From positions 1,792,001 to 1,856,000 of the forward strand of contig OZ220732.1 of assembly GCA_965116905.1 (NCBI GenBank): a DNA stretch of 64,000 bases. The letters are read 5' to 3'. The first letter of the stretch is position 1, and each line of letters begins with the position of its first letter. A program made the translations under genes and the position numbers. This DNA is from Longimicrobiales bacterium. GTDB taxonomy: Bacteria; Gemmatimonadota; Gemmatimonadetes; Longimicrobiales; Gaopeijiaceae. The notes below the pieces were generated by a model that did not search any database, had not been told where the DNA came from, and was given only the letters and a program-made list of their open reading frames with translations. Of the stretch, positions 1 through 10,436 are shown in pieces.

Positions 1-1213
1 CAGCCAGCACGGCCGGCGCCACGCCGGGGGTGCGCTCCTCGGCCGCCCTGTCCGGATCGACCATCCCCGCGCGCGCCTCGAGGTATGCGCCGTCCAGCAG
101 GTCGTCGAGCGGTATCTCGGTGAAATCCGGATCCGCCGCCCACTGGTCCCGATCCGCAAAGGCCAGCTTCTTCATCTCGATCAGCGCGTGCAGGTAATCT
201 GCGCTGTTGTGGCCCATCTCGGCGATGTCGAACGACCTGGCCATCTCGAACAGTTGCAGCTGGGCGATCCCCTGGGTGTTCGGGGGAAGGACGAGCATCG
301 TGTAGCCCTCGAAATCGCCCCGCAGAGGCTCCACCCAGGTTGTCGCGTGTGCGGTCAGGTCGCCGGCCCGCACATAGCCGCCCTCCGCTTCGATGAAGGC
401 CGCGAGCCGCTCGGCCACGCGCCCCTGGTAGAAGCCGTCCTTGCCGTCACGGGCGATCCCCTCAAGCGTCGAAGCCAGTGCCGGGTTGCTCAGAAGGCTC
501 CCGACCGGCGGCGGCTCGCCGTTGGGCAGGTAGAGAGCCTGCGCATGGTCGTTCAGAGCGCCCGACTGGGCCCGGATGTCGCTGGCCAGCCGGGTGGAGA
601 CCGGGAACCCGTCCCGTGCGTACCCGATCGCCGGAGCAAGAAGTTCCTCGACGGGCAGCGTGCCGAAGCGGTCCGTCGCATCGATCCAGGCGGCGACCGC
701 CCCGGGTACCGTAACGGAGAGCGGTCCGTTGCCCGGCACCTCGGCCAGCTCCCGTTGCGCGAACAGCGCGGGCGTCGCCATGGCACCGGCTCGCCCACTG
801 CCGTTGAGCGCGTGGATGCGGCCGCTCCCCGCCTCGTAGTAGAGCGCGAACGCGTCGCCGCCGACGCCGTTCATGTGAGGCCGCACGACGGCCAGCACGC
901 CCGCCATGGCGATCGCCGCGTCCATCGCGTTGCCGCCCCGGCGCAAGACGTCGTAGCCCGCGGCCGCCGCGAGGGGATGGCCTGCCGAGACCGCACCGGT
1001 GACACCCCGCACGTCGGGGCGATTGGTGGCCGGGAAGTGGATGTCGGTGGACCGCGACGCGGCAGCGCTCGATTGGGCCGCGGAATCGGGGGTCTCGCAG
1101 CCTCCGGCCGTCACCAGGACTCCGGCGCCGAGAAGAAGGGAGAGTGCGACGGGGTTGCGTCGCGCGCGGGGACGGCCAGGCAGCGCGTGGGGGCGGCTGG
1201 GCAGTTCGGGCAT
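1..1213 (-). CDS. ggt: Gamma-glutamyltransferase family protein; 3' end runs off the window
   Basis: Manual translation from ATG at 1213 gives a lipoprotein-like signal (LVTAGGC), then GAVSAGHPLAAAAGYDVLRRGGNAMDAAIA...PHMNGVGGDAF, the typical GGT N-terminus. Absent from the ORF track because it is truncated. Confidence 0.9.
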   Translation of the reverse strand, partial: MPELPSRPHALPGRPRARRNPVALSLLLGAGVLVTAGGCETPDSAAQSSAAASRSTDIHFPATNRPDVRGVTGAVSAGHPLAAAAGYDVLRRGGNAMDAAIAMAGVLAVVRPHMNGVGGDAFALYYEAGSGRIHALNGSGRAGAMATPALFAQRELAEVPGNGPLSVTVPGAVAAWIDATDRFGTLPVEELLAPAIGYARDGFPVSTRLASDIRAQSGALNDHAQALYLPNGEPPPVGSLLSNPALASTLEGIARDGKDGFYQGRVAERLAAFIEAEGGYVRAGDLTAHATTWVEPLRGDFEGYTMLVLPPNTQGIAQLQLFEMARSFDIAEMGHNSADYLHALIEMKKLAFADRDQWAADPDFTEIPLDDLLDGAYLEARAGMVDPDRAAEERTPGVAPAVLA

Positions 1214-1469
1214 TCGGTCATGATCCTGAATCGGGGGAAGTGCTCCGTTTTGCGTTGGAGGATGGCATATGGCGGGGCTCGGCGCCAGTTCGCGTATCGG
1301 CCGGATGCTCGTCGCCGCCGGCGGGTCGGCGATGCGTGGCGGACAACCTTGCCAGCCCGGTTGCGCGTCCAATTCCAGGACCGTCCAGCGGACTGTCGAA
1401 CACGGCGGCTCGATGGGCGGGATCAAGCGATCTCAGTCCCCCATACGCACTTGCACAGAGGCACCGACA

Positions 1470-2783
1470 ATGGCCACTGCCCGCTGGCTCGCTTCACCCA
1501 CCCTCGCGCTCGCGTTCGGCGCCACCGCTCTTCAGGCCCAGGAGGTTATCGAACTGCCCGGACGGGATCGTCTGATTGAACCCGACTTCGAGGAGGTTTA
1601 CAGCGTCGGTGTCCTCGACGGCGAATCCTGGGAGATGTTCGGCCGGATACGCCGGGTGGCCTTCGATGCGGAGAGCAACCTGTATGTCTTCGACGCTTCG
1701 GACGCGCTGGGTTCCGACCTGCGGGTTCTGATATTCGATCGCGCCGGCGGCTTCGTGCGGGAGTTCGGCTCCTCGGGGGGAGGCCCCGGCGAATTCAACC
1801 GGCCGACCGGGTTTGCCGTGCTCGGCGACGGAACCACTGTGGTGAAGGATGCCGGACACGGTGCCTACCAGATCTTCGACCGCTCAGGCGTCTTCCAGCG
1901 GATGGTGCGCGCCGGTGAAGAGCCTGGCGGCTTGCCGGGGCTCTCGGGGAGGATCCAGCCCGACCCCCGCGGCGGCGCCATCTTCGTCGGAGGGTACGGT
2001 GGGGGACCGAGCTTCAGCTTCAGGAGCACCGGTGGTGGAGGTGCGGTCCCTCCGCTTACTTCCCGCCCGGTCGTGCGGGTTGGACTGGCCGAAGAGATGG
2101 CTCAGACGGACACGGTGGTCGACGGATGGCTGCCTCCACGCAACGCGCCAGACCTGCCGGCCAACGTTCCCGCTCAGCTTCGGGACATGATGGGGGGCAT
2201 GAGCCTGCCCACCGTGTTCGAACCCAGGTTCCTGGTGGGCGTCCTCCCGGATGGAGGCATCGTCCATTCGGATTCTTCCGCCTACGCGCTCAAGGTCTCT
2301 CCGGCGGGTGCAACGGAAGTCGCGCGGGTCATCCAGCGCCCTCTGGTGCCGGAGCCCCTGACGCCCGAAGGTCAGCAGGAGTACGAGGAAAGAACGGCGG
2401 CCGCCCGCGAAGAGATCGGGCGAGCCGTAGGCACGACCGGTCTCAGAATGGTGCAATTCCAGCAGCGCGGAGGAGGCGGCAATCCCACCCCGACGGCGAC
2501 CGTCCAGCTGGAGCAGAAGTACTACCACGAGATTCCCGTGCTCCGGGGCCTGGCCGTCACGAGGGACAGCCGCATCTGGGTGCAGCGCCGGGGCGAGTTG
2601 CCGGAGGACGACGGGCCCATCGATGTTGTGACGGCTTCGGGCCAGTACGTCGGCACCTACGCCGCGGACGCCGTCCAGATGCCTGACGCGTTCGGCCCGG
2701 ATGGACTCGCGGCCTTCATCGAGCTGGACGAATTCGACGTGGCTCGGGTGGTGGTGCGGAGGCTTCCGGCCGACGTTCGCTGA
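1470..2783 (+). CDS. Secreted 6-bladed beta-propeller (NHL-like) protein
   Basis: Signal peptide ending [24 protein letters not shown] repeat motif; C-terminal [13 protein letters not shown]. Start moved to ATG 1470 after an AGAGG SD. Confidence 0.75.
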   Translation: MATARWLASPTLALAFGATALQAQEVIELPGRDRLIEPDFEEVYSVGVLDGESWEMFGRIRRVAFDAESNLYVFDASDALGSDLRVLIFDRAGGFVREFGSSGGGPGEFNRPTGFAVLGDGTTVVKDAGHGAYQIFDRSGVFQRMVRAGEEPGGLPGLSGRIQPDPRGGAIFVGGYGGGPSFSFRSTGGGGAVPPLTSRPVVRVGLAEEMAQTDTVVDGWLPPRNAPDLPANVPAQLRDMMGGMSLPTVFEPRFLVGVLPDGGIVHSDSSAYALKVSPAGATEVARVIQRPLVPEPLTPEGQQEYEERTAAAREEIGRAVGTTGLRMVQFQQRGGGGNPTPTATVQLEQKYYHEIPVLRGLAVTRDSRIWVQRRGELPEDDGPIDVVTASGQYVGTYAADAVQMPDAFGPDGLAAFIELDEFDVARVVVRRLPADVR

Positions 2784-2803
2784 ACCTCCGTCTGGGGGCG
2801 GAC

Positions 2804-3742
2804 ATGCCCATGCTCAATGAGGACCTGCCCGTGCCCAATGAGGACCTGCCCGTGCTCAATGACCTGTCGTCCACGCGGTTCGGTGTGGGAAGCATGGTGG
2901 CGCCACTTCGCCGCGTCGCGATGCGCCGTCCCGGCCCGGCGACATTCGAGGCCGATCCGGCGCGTTGGCACTACGCCGGCCCGCTCGACGCCGACCGCCT
3001 GGCCCGTCAATACGACGCGTTGGCAGGGCTGGTCGGCGATTCGGGCGCGGAGACCGAGTGGATCCCGGACGGGTACGACGGGCTCGCCGATTCGATCTTC
3101 GTCTTCGATCCCTCGTTCATGACCCCGGCGGGCGCGATCCTGCTGCGTCCCGGCAAGGTGTTGCGGCGCCCGGAGGTCGCGTTGCACGATGCGCTGTATG
3201 CGCGGCTGCAGGTGCCCGTCATCGGCGCTCTAGAGCCGCCGGGCACGGCGGAGGGCGGCGACCTGATGTGGCTCGACGGGCACACGCTGGTGGCGGGACG
3301 GAGTTTCCGCACCAACCAGGAGGGCATCGACCAGTTGCGGGCGATCCTGGCCCCGCAGGGTGTGGAGGTACTTGCGTTCGATCTGCCCATGTGGCGGGGC
3401 AACGCCGCCTGCCTGCACCTGCTCTCGGTGATCAGCCCGCTCGACCATGACCTGGCGCTCGTCTACCCGCGGCTGTTGCCGGTCGAGCTCTTTCGGCTCC
3501 TGGGCCAGCGCGGCATCCAGTGCCTGGAAGCGGGCGACGGCGAATTCGAGGACTCGAACGGCCTCAATCTGAACGTGCTGGCGCTCGGGCCGCGGCGGTG
3601 CATTGCCGTGGGCGGGTTTCCGCAGACATTGCAGCTGATGAGGGAGGCCGGCTGCGAAGTGGCGTGCTTTGATGCGGATGCGTTATGCATGCCGTGCGAG
3701 GGAGGCCCGACCTGCCTGACGCTGCCGTTGTGGAGGGATTGA
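2804..3742 (+). CDS. Amidinotransferase / dimethylarginine dimethylaminohydrolase (arginine deiminase superfamily)
   Basis: DSIFVFDP, EGGD, RTN, CLHL and C-terminal EGGPTCLT with catalytic Cys. Confidence 0.85.
   Translation: MPMLNEDLPVPNEDLPVLNDLSSTRFGVGSMVAPLRRVAMRRPGPATFEADPARWHYAGPLDADRLARQYDALAGLVGDSGAETEWIPDGYDGLADSIFVFDPSFMTPAGAILLRPGKVLRRPEVALHDALYARLQVPVIGALEPPGTAEGGDLMWLDGHTLVAGRSFRTNQEGIDQLRAILAPQGVEVLAFDLPMWRGNAACLHLLSVISPLDHDLALVYPRLLPVELFRLLGQRGIQCLEAGDGEFEDSNGLNLNVLALGPRRCIAVGGFPQTLQLMREAGCEVACFDADALCMPCEGGPTCLTLPLWRD
2805..2864 (+). repeat. 21-bp tandem repeat, about 3 copies (TGCCCRTGCYCAATGAGGACC), at the start of the amidinotransferase gene
   Basis: Read directly; encodes LNEDLPV-PNEDLPV-LNDL. 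Confidence 0.85.
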
Positions 3743-3827
3743 AGCACCGCTCTGCGCGGGCCGCTATGGAACACAGTCCGCGGTGAGCCGTAGGGAGGGG
3801 TGGTCGTCAAACTACGGAGAACACAAC

Positions 3828-4121
3828 ATGGAATGGGAATTCGTCGCCCCCATGATCGTGTCGATCGTGCTTATCCTCACCGTGGGCGGCGTGGTGCTCC
3901 TGCGGCCGTTGGCCCGGCGACTCGGCGCGCTCCTCGACGTCATGGTGCTCGAAAAGAGCAAGACGTCCAGCGCGCAGGACCGCAGCATCGCCGATGCCAT
4001 CGACACGATGAACGACAGGCTGTCGCTTCTGGAAGAGCGCCAGGATTTCACCGAGCGGCTGATCGCGAGCGGGGAGCGGACTCAACCGGATGCCGGCAGC
4101 GCTCCCTCGGCTCCGGGGTGA
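3828..4121 (+). CDS. Small single-pass membrane protein with C-terminal coiled coil
   Basis: GGAGA SD, N-terminal hydrophobic helix, LEERQDFTERL coiled-coil motif. Confidence 0.75.
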   Translation: MEWEFVAPMIVSIVLILTVGGVVLLRPLARRLGALLDVMVLEKSKTSSAQDRSIADAIDTMNDRLSLLEERQDFTERLIASGERTQPDAGSAPSAPG

Positions 4122-4142
4122 GCGCCTGTCCCGCGGGACCCG

Positions 4143-5408
4143 CTACGGAATAACCCCGGCCCACCCCGCTTCGGCCACCAGCAGCAACAAGGCCCGCTGG
4201 ATGGCCAGGTGCCCGTCCACGTTGACCCAGCCCTCGCCAAGCGAGTGTGCGCCGAATCCCTTGCCGCCGCGGCCGATGGTCACCGCCGGCACACCGAGGG
4301 CGATGGGGACGTTGGTATTGGTGGACGACCGGCCGAGCGTGCCCCGCACCCCGAATTCGGCGGTGGTAGCCAGGGCTCGCTGGACAAGGGGCGCGTCGCG
4401 ATTCCCCTCGCCAGAGGGACGGTCCCCGATCCTGGCCTTTTCAACAGAAAGCGCAGGACCGGTCCGTCTCAGGGCATTCTCCTTGCGGAGCCCCTCGTCC
4501 ATCGCCTCCAGGAACACCTGCTCGATTCGAGCCAGGCTCTCCGGATCGACCGAGCGCATGTCGACTTCCATCCAGCTCTTGGCGGGGATGGCGTTGACCG
4601 CGGTGCCTCCGCCGATGCATCCCACGTTGTAGCTGGTGCGGGGTCCGCTGCGGGTCAGGGGGTCGGCGGCGTCCTGGAAGGCGCTAACCGCACGGCTCAT
4701 TGCGTGCGCCGGGTTGGCCAGCCCGAACGCGCCCCATGAATGGCCGCCGGTGCCCTTGAAGGTGACGCGGTAGCGAACCGAGCCGAGGGCGTCGACGACG
4801 AGCTGCTGCAGACCTCCGCCGTCCACCTCGATCCAGGCGTCCGGGGCCTTTTCGGGGTGGCGATACATGTGCTTCATGCCGCGCAGGTCGCCCGGACCCT
4901 CCTCCCCGACGACCCCCACGAACTGGATGTCCGCGTCCGTCCGGATGCGCGCTTCGTCCATGGCGCGCAGCACCGCCAGCACGACCACGAGCCCGCGCGT
5001 GTCGTCGCTGATCCCGGGTGCGAAAAGAGTGTCACCTCGCCGGGTGACCGTCACGTCCGTTCCCTCGGGGAAGACTGTGTCGAGGTGGGCCCCGAGACCG
5101 ACAGCGCGGTGCCTCCGACGGCCCTTGCGCAAACCGATCACGTTGCCGACCTCGTCGGTCCCCACGGTGTCCGCGCCGACCTCGGCCAGGAGTTCGGCGA
5201 AGCGCCGTCCCCGCGCCTCTTCCATGAACGGGGGTGCCGGAATCTCGGTGAGTTCGATCAGCCGCCGCAGCGCCCATTCGTCAAGTGCCTCGACAATGCG
5301 GAACGCGTTGGCGATCGCCGGATGGGCGGCGAGCCTCCGTGCCTCACGCGTGTATCTGGCCTCGCGCGTGTCTTTCGTGGAATCTGTGCCTTGGACGTTC
5401 GCGGGCAT
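4143..5408 (-). CDS. M20/M25/M40 family metallopeptidase
   Basis: AHLDTVF, GISDD, GEEG, GGHSW, NAIP and terminal AHS metal-binding motifs; start approximate. Confidence 0.88.
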   Translation of the reverse strand: MPANVQGTDSTKDTREARYTREARRLAAHPAIANAFRIVEALDEWALRRLIELTEIPAPPFMEEARGRRFAELLAEVGADTVGTDEVGNVIGLRKGRRRHRAVGLGAHLDTVFPEGTDVTVTRRGDTLFAPGISDDTRGLVVVLAVLRAMDEARIRTDADIQFVGVVGEEGPGDLRGMKHMYRHPEKAPDAWIEVDGGGLQQLVVDALGSVRYRVTFKGTGGHSWGAFGLANPAHAMSRAVSAFQDAADPLTRSGPRTSYNVGCIGGGTAVNAIPAKSWMEVDMRSVDPESLARIEQVFLEAMDEGLRKENALRRTGPALSVEKARIGDRPSGEGNRDAPLVQRALATTAEFGVRGTLGRSSTNTNVPIALGVPAVTIGRGGKGFGAHSLGEGWVNVDGHLAIQRALLLLVAEAGWAGVIP

Positions 5409-5430
5409 GGTCGCCGACCAGGGGGCGGGG

Positions 5431-6357
5431 TCAGCGGACCAGGCCGGAGCGCGAATCGGGCGCACCCGTCACGGGCTCGTCGCGGCTGACCACGCGCGTC
5501 GCCGGGCCCGCGATAAGCGGGTCGGGGCCGGTCACGACCGAGTTGTCCTTGTCCGGGTAGGAGAGTTTCGAGAGAAAGTGCTGCATGGCGGCGATGCGCG
5601 CCCTCCTCTTGTCGTCCGACTTGATCACGGTCCAGGGTGCGTCGGCGGTGTCGGTGTAGAAGAACATCGCTTCCTTGGCATGCGTGTACTCGTCCCACTT
5701 GTTCAGCGACGCGAGGTCGATCGGCGAGATCTTCCACTGCTTGAGCGGGTCGGTCTTCCTGCGGTCGAACCGGTAGGCCTGTTCCTCCTGCGAAACCGAG
5801 AACCAGAACTTGAACAGGCGAATCCCGCTGTTGACCAGCATCCGCTCCACTTCCGGACACTGGCGCAGGAACTCGAGGTATTCCTGGCCCGTGCAAAAGC
5901 CCATGACCCGTTCCACGCCGGCCCGGTTGTACCATGAACGGTCGAACAGCACCATTTCGCCGGCGGTGGGGAGGTGGTTTACATAACGCTGGAAGTACCA
6001 CTGGCCACGTTCGACGTCACTGGGCTTGTCCAGAGCGACCACGCGCGCGCCGCGCGGGTTGAGGTGTTCCATGAAGCGCTTGATTGTCCCGCCCTTGCCG
6101 GCGGCGTCTCGTCCCTCGAAGAGAATGACGACCCTGACTCCGGAGCTGCGGACCCAGCGCTGCACCTTGAGGAGTTCGACCTGCAGCAGGGCCTTTTCTC
6201 GATCGTACGCTCGGCGTGGCATCTTCTTGTCGTACGGATAGACCCCCTCGCGGAACACGCGCTCGATGGTTTCGGGCGTCTCGGTGACCTCGGGAACGCC
6301 GGACGTCCGCAGGCTGTCTTTGGCCTCGGCACTCCCCTTCGTATTCGCCGATGACAT
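5431..6357 (-). CDS. ppk2: Polyphosphate kinase 2 (single domain)
   Basis: Walker A FEGRDAAGKGG, FDRSWYNRAGVERVMGF, DPLKQWKISP. Confidence 0.95.
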   Translation of the reverse strand: MSSANTKGSAEAKDSLRTSGVPEVTETPETIERVFREGVYPYDKKMPRRAYDREKALLQVELLKVQRWVRSSGVRVVILFEGRDAAGKGGTIKRFMEHLNPRGARVVALDKPSDVERGQWYFQRYVNHLPTAGEMVLFDRSWYNRAGVERVMGFCTGQEYLEFLRQCPEVERMLVNSGIRLFKFWFSVSQEEQAYRFDRRKTDPLKQWKISPIDLASLNKWDEYTHAKEAMFFYTDTADAPWTVIKSDDKRRARIAAMQHFLSKLSYPDKDNSVVTGPDPLIAGPATRVVSRDEPVTGAPDSRSGLVR

Positions 6358-6383
6358 ATGTGCCTCCTTTGGATCGATCGTTG

Positions 6384-6896
6384 CTACTTCAGCAGTCTCG
6401 GCAGGAAGAAGTCGAGCAGCGCGCCCCCTTCGCGAGCGTCGCCCCAGGTCGCGCCCGCGATTTCGATCACGGCGACCGCGCCGGTCGGAAACTTGTACCT
6501 GAGCCGATCGATGCGCTCGGGCCGGCCGCTCTTCGAAAGGTAGGCGGCAAGCGCATGCGTCGAAGGATTGTGACCCAGGACCAGCAGTGTCCCGACATCG
6601 TCCCCGGTGTCGGCGATGATGTCGAGGACGCCTCGCGGCGAGGCACCGTACAGCTCGCGCCGGTACTCGACGACGGGCGGTTCGGGAAAGGCCGGTTCCA
6701 TCAGCGCCCAGGTTTCGCGCGTGCGGACGGACGTGCTCGAATAGGCCAGGTCGGGCACGAATCCGGCCTGGCTGAGCGCCCTGGCGACTCTTGGCGCGGC
6801 CTTGCGACCGCGAGCGTTGAGAGGCCGGTCATGATCGGACAGCGTGACGTCCCCCCAACTGGACTTCGCGTGTCTCGCCAGCATCAGTCGCCGCAT
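6384..6896 (-). CDS. sixA: Histidine phosphatase, SixA family
   Basis: RHAKS, DHDRPLNARG, RTRET and GHNP motifs. Confidence 0.9.
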   Translation of the reverse strand: MRRLMLARHAKSSWGDVTLSDHDRPLNARGRKAAPRVARALSQAGFVPDLAYSSTSVRTRETWALMEPAFPEPPVVEYRRELYGASPRGVLDIIADTGDDVGTLLVLGHNPSTHALAAYLSKSGRPERIDRLRYKFPTGAVAVIEIAGATWGDAREGGALLDFFLPRLLK

Positions 6897-7068
6897 TTTG
6901 ACACTCGCTTGCTCTGTTGTTCGGTGCTTCTGACAGTCGGTGGATCGGCGCCGGTGCGCAATTGCACGGCGGGCCGATCAATGGCAGCTTGGGACGCAAA
7001 TGGAAACCGGGCGTCGAAGGTGACAGCGCGGGCCGCTCCAGGCACCACGCCATCCCCGAGGAAGAATC

Positions 7069-8244
7069 TTGTCAACGAAACGATTGCAGTGGAAGAGGCC
7101 GTTGCCGTGGCTCCCCGTAGTCATCGCCGCCGCCATCGTGTCGGGCTGTGCGGCCCCGGAGACCGGACAGCTCCCCTATGAATGGCGGCAGGAGCTCGAC
7201 CGCTTCGGCGCGGCGCTCGCCGCCGATGTCGAGCACGACGGCGTTGGGAGCATCGCGGCGGCGCTGGCGCGCGACGGAGAAGTCCTGTGGTGGGGTGCCT
7301 ACGGTTGGGCCGACCCGGGCGCCCAGGTGCCGGCCGGCCGGGAAACGATCTATCGCACGGGCTCGATTTCCAAGTCCGTGACGGCGGTTCTCATGGCGAT
7401 GCTGGCCGAGGAAGGCACGCTTGCGCTGGAGACCCCTCTGCAGGATCTGGTCCCCGAGATCAGCCAGCTGATGGACCGGCCTCCCGGCGCCAACCCGACG
7501 TTGCGGCAGGTGGCGAGTCATACCGCGGGCCTGGCGCGCGAGCCGGAGCTGCCCGACGCGGCTGCCGGTCCCATCGAGAACTGGACCGCGAGAATCCTCG
7601 AGTCGATTCCCACCACCGGATACCAGACGGCCCCCGGCACGGAGTATTCGTATTCCAACATCGGCTTCGGGATCCTGGGCTTCGGTCTGGAGCGTGCGGC
7701 GGGGACACCGTTCATGGACCAGGTCGAGGCGCGGATCTTCGAGCCGCTCGGTATGACAAGCAGCACCTTCATCATCGACGACCGCCTGCAACCGTCGCTG
7801 TCCGTCGGGCACGCCAATGGCCCGGACGGCGAAGTCGATACCGAGCGACCCGCGCGCGAGCACGCCGGCCGGGGCTACAAGGTCCCCAACGGGGGTGTGT
7901 ATTCGACCGTCGATGACCTCGCCGCCTTTGCCGCGGGCGTGATGGGGAGGGGGCGCCCACCTCTGTTCAGCGACGAGATGCGCGCGGAGGTGTTGTCGGT
8001 ACAGACGCCCGAGAACCCCGACTCGGGCTACGGCCTCGGCTTTTCGATCCGCACGATGGACGGCCGGGTCTTTGCGGGTCACGGCGGATCGGTCGCGGGG
8101 TACACGGCGTACCTGCTCTTCGAGCCGGCGACCGGACTGACCGCCGTGTTGCTGCGCAACTACAACCGGGGACGCACCAACCTGGGCGAAGCGGCAAGCG
8201 GCCTGCTGAGGAGTCTGTCCGCCGAAGTCGCAACACGTGACTGA
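7069..8244 (+). CDS. Serine hydrolase, beta-lactamase family lipoprotein
   Basis: Lipobox VSGC; SxxK (SISK), YSN and HGG motifs. Confidence 0.9.
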   Translation: MSTKRLQWKRPLPWLPVVIAAAIVSGCAAPETGQLPYEWRQELDRFGAALAADVEHDGVGSIAAALARDGEVLWWGAYGWADPGAQVPAGRETIYRTGSISKSVTAVLMAMLAEEGTLALETPLQDLVPEISQLMDRPPGANPTLRQVASHTAGLAREPELPDAAAGPIENWTARILESIPTTGYQTAPGTEYSYSNIGFGILGFGLERAAGTPFMDQVEARIFEPLGMTSSTFIIDDRLQPSLSVGHANGPDGEVDTERPAREHAGRGYKVPNGGVYSTVDDLAAFAAGVMGRGRPPLFSDEMRAEVLSVQTPENPDSGYGLGFSIRTMDGRVFAGHGGSVAGYTAYLLFEPATGLTAVLLRNYNRGRTNLGEAASGLLRSLSAEVATRD

Positions 8245-9592
8245 CCGGGCCACGCGGTTCCCTCTCGGGGCTCGCGTCACGATCGAGGCGCTGGCCGGCG
8301 ATCCCTACCCGATCTTCCACGAATTGCGGCGCTCCGAGCCGGTGACCTGGGCGCCCGCGCTCGCAATGTGGCTGCTCACGCGGCGGGACAATATCGTGGG
8401 GGTGCTCGCCGACTGGGAACGCTTCACGACCGACTCTCCGGCATCCACGATCCGCGACATCTTCGGATCGAACATGCTGACGACCGACGGCGAGGAGCAG
8501 ATCCGCTACAAGCGCCGTTTTATCGGGCCGTTCAGGCGGGGGGAACTGGAAGAGAACCTGCTGGGGACGGTTCAGGGCGTACTGGACGAACTGATGGCGG
8601 AGCTGGAGGCGGGGTCGGGGGACTCGGGTGCCGACGGAAGGCGGGCCGACCTGCGGTCCCGGTTGGCGCGTCCGCTGTCGGTGCGGAGCATCTGCCGCGT
8701 GCTGGGGTTGCCTGATGAGGATGGCCCACGGTTGCTGCACTGGTACGACCACTTCGCCGCCGCTCTTGAGAACTTTACGGGCGAGCCTGCGGTGAGGGCC
8801 GCGGGGAAGGGCGCGGCGCGCGAATTCCGCGACTACGTGACGCCGTTTCTGCGGGGCGAGCGTGCGGTGCCGCACGGTTCCATGATCGCGGCGCTGCTGA
8901 GCGAACGGGATCCATACCGGCCGGGTGGCGGTGCCCGGCGCGGCTGGGGCGACCCGCTCTCGGAGTCGGAGATGGTGGCCAACCTGCTGCTCGTCCTGTT
9001 CGGCGGAATCGAGACCACGGAGTCGATGATCGGCAACGCCTTCTGGGCGGCGCTTTCGCACCCGGAGGTGGCGGAGGGGCTGGCGGCGGAGTGCTCCCGC
9101 GAGAGGGAACCCGGGGTGGCGCGGCCCGGCACCGGCACGGGGCACCGTCAGGGCGGCTCGCTGTTGGCCGCGGTCATCGAGGAGTCGATGCGGTGGGAAC
9201 CCGCCGTGCAATCCTGCATGCGCTTCGCCACGGAGGACGTCGAAATCCGGGGCGTGCCCATCGCGCAGGGCGAGGCGGTCCACTGCCTCCTGGGCGCCGC
9301 CAACCGCGATCCGGCACATTTTCCGGACCCCGACCGCTTCGACCCGGACCGCCACAACGCACGCGACCACCTCGCCTTCGGGACGGGCCGGCATTTCTGT
9401 CTCGGCGCATCATTGGCGCGGATCGAAGCGGAGCAGGCCCTGGCCAGGGTCTTCGGGGGCCTGCACGGCCTGCGCCTGGACCCGGAGCGTCCTTCACGGC
9501 CCCACGGGCACGAGTTCCGCACGCCTCCGACCGTATGCGTGCGATGGGAGCCCCCGCAGGCTTCGATTGGCCGATCCGGCACGGGGGTTTAG
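8237..9592 (+). CDS. Cytochrome P450
   Basis: I-helix GGIETT, ExxR (ESMR), FDPDR, heme motif FGTGRHFCLG. Confidence 0.95.
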   Translation: MTDRATRFPLGARVTIEALAGDPYPIFHELRRSEPVTWAPALAMWLLTRRDNIVGVLADWERFTTDSPASTIRDIFGSNMLTTDGEEQIRYKRRFIGPFRRGELEENLLGTVQGVLDELMAELEAGSGDSGADGRRADLRSRLARPLSVRSICRVLGLPDEDGPRLLHWYDHFAAALENFTGEPAVRAAGKGAAREFRDYVTPFLRGERAVPHGSMIAALLSERDPYRPGGGARRGWGDPLSESEMVANLLLVLFGGIETTESMIGNAFWAALSHPEVAEGLAAECSREREPGVARPGTGTGHRQGGSLLAAVIEESMRWEPAVQSCMRFATEDVEIRGVPIAQGEAVHCLLGAANRDPAHFPDPDRFDPDRHNARDHLAFGTGRHFCLGASLARIEAEQALARVFGGLHGLRLDPERPSRPHGHEFRTPPTVCVRWEPPQASIGRSGTGV

Positions 9593-9637
9593 AATTCGAG
9601 GTTCGCGATAGGATGGGTGGTGGAGATACCAAGGAGA

Positions 9638-10402
9638 ATGATGATGTCCGACAAACCCCTGGGACGTTTCACGTGGCATGAACTGATGACGTCGGATCCA
9701 GACGCAGCGCGCGGTTTCTACACGCGCCTGGTGGGCTGGGGAACCAGTATCTGGGACAGCGGCAGCGACCCCTACGAGATGTGGATGAACGGCGAAATGC
9801 CGGTGGGCGGACTGATGGGCCTGCCGACGCCCGAAGTGCCGCCGTGCTGGCTTTCCTACCTGTCGACGCCCGATCTGGATGAGACGCTTGCCAGCGTCCG
9901 GCGTCTCGGTGGGACGGTCATGGAGGAAATGGCGGTGCCGGAGGTGGGTCGTTTCGCCGTGCTCCAGGATCCGCAGGGCGGAGTCTTCGCCGTCCTCGAA
10001 CCCGAGGGCGACGCAGCGGGTCACGACGGCCCGCCGCAGACGGGCGAGTTTTCCTGGCGCGACCTGGCGACCACCGACATGGACGCCGCCTGGGCCTTCT
10101 ACTCGGAGGTGTTCGGTCTTCAGGCCGCCAACAGGATGGACATGGGACCCAACGGCTTCTACCAGATGTTCCACCGGGGTGCACATCCGCTGGGCGGCAT
10201 CTACAATGCGCCCGACGGAGTGCCGACGGGTTGGCTGCTGTACATCCGCGTCCCCGACGCGCACGCGGCGGCCGAAGCGGTCAAGGAGATGGGAGGACAG
10301 GTCCTCAACGGCCCGATGGAGGTGCCGGGGGGTGACTTCATCGCGCAGTGCCTGGACGCGCAGGGAGTGCCGTTCGCGGTCCATTCCGTCACGAACGGCT
10401 GA
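9638..10402 (+). CDS. VOC/glyoxalase family protein (two domains)
   Basis: Duplicated FTWHELMT / FSWRDLAT modules and DPQG motif; AAGGAG SD before 9638. Confidence 0.9.
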   Translation: MMMSDKPLGRFTWHELMTSDPDAARGFYTRLVGWGTSIWDSGSDPYEMWMNGEMPVGGLMGLPTPEVPPCWLSYLSTPDLDETLASVRRLGGTVMEEMAVPEVGRFAVLQDPQGGVFAVLEPEGDAAGHDGPPQTGEFSWRDLATTDMDAAWAFYSEVFGLQAANRMDMGPNGFYQMFHRGAHPLGGIYNAPDGVPTGWLLYIRVPDAHAAAEAVKEMGGQVLNGPMEVPGGDFIAQCLDAQGVPFAVHSVTNG

Positions 10403-10436
10403 CGTTCCGACGCCCCGCGAGGGGCAGGAGGCGACC

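Noticed and set aside
188..1579. 463-aa plus-strand ORF and similar long antisense ORFs (e.g. 17267-19669, 57740-59713)
   Set aside because: Shadow ORFs of real genes on the opposite strand, caused by high GC; no motifs.
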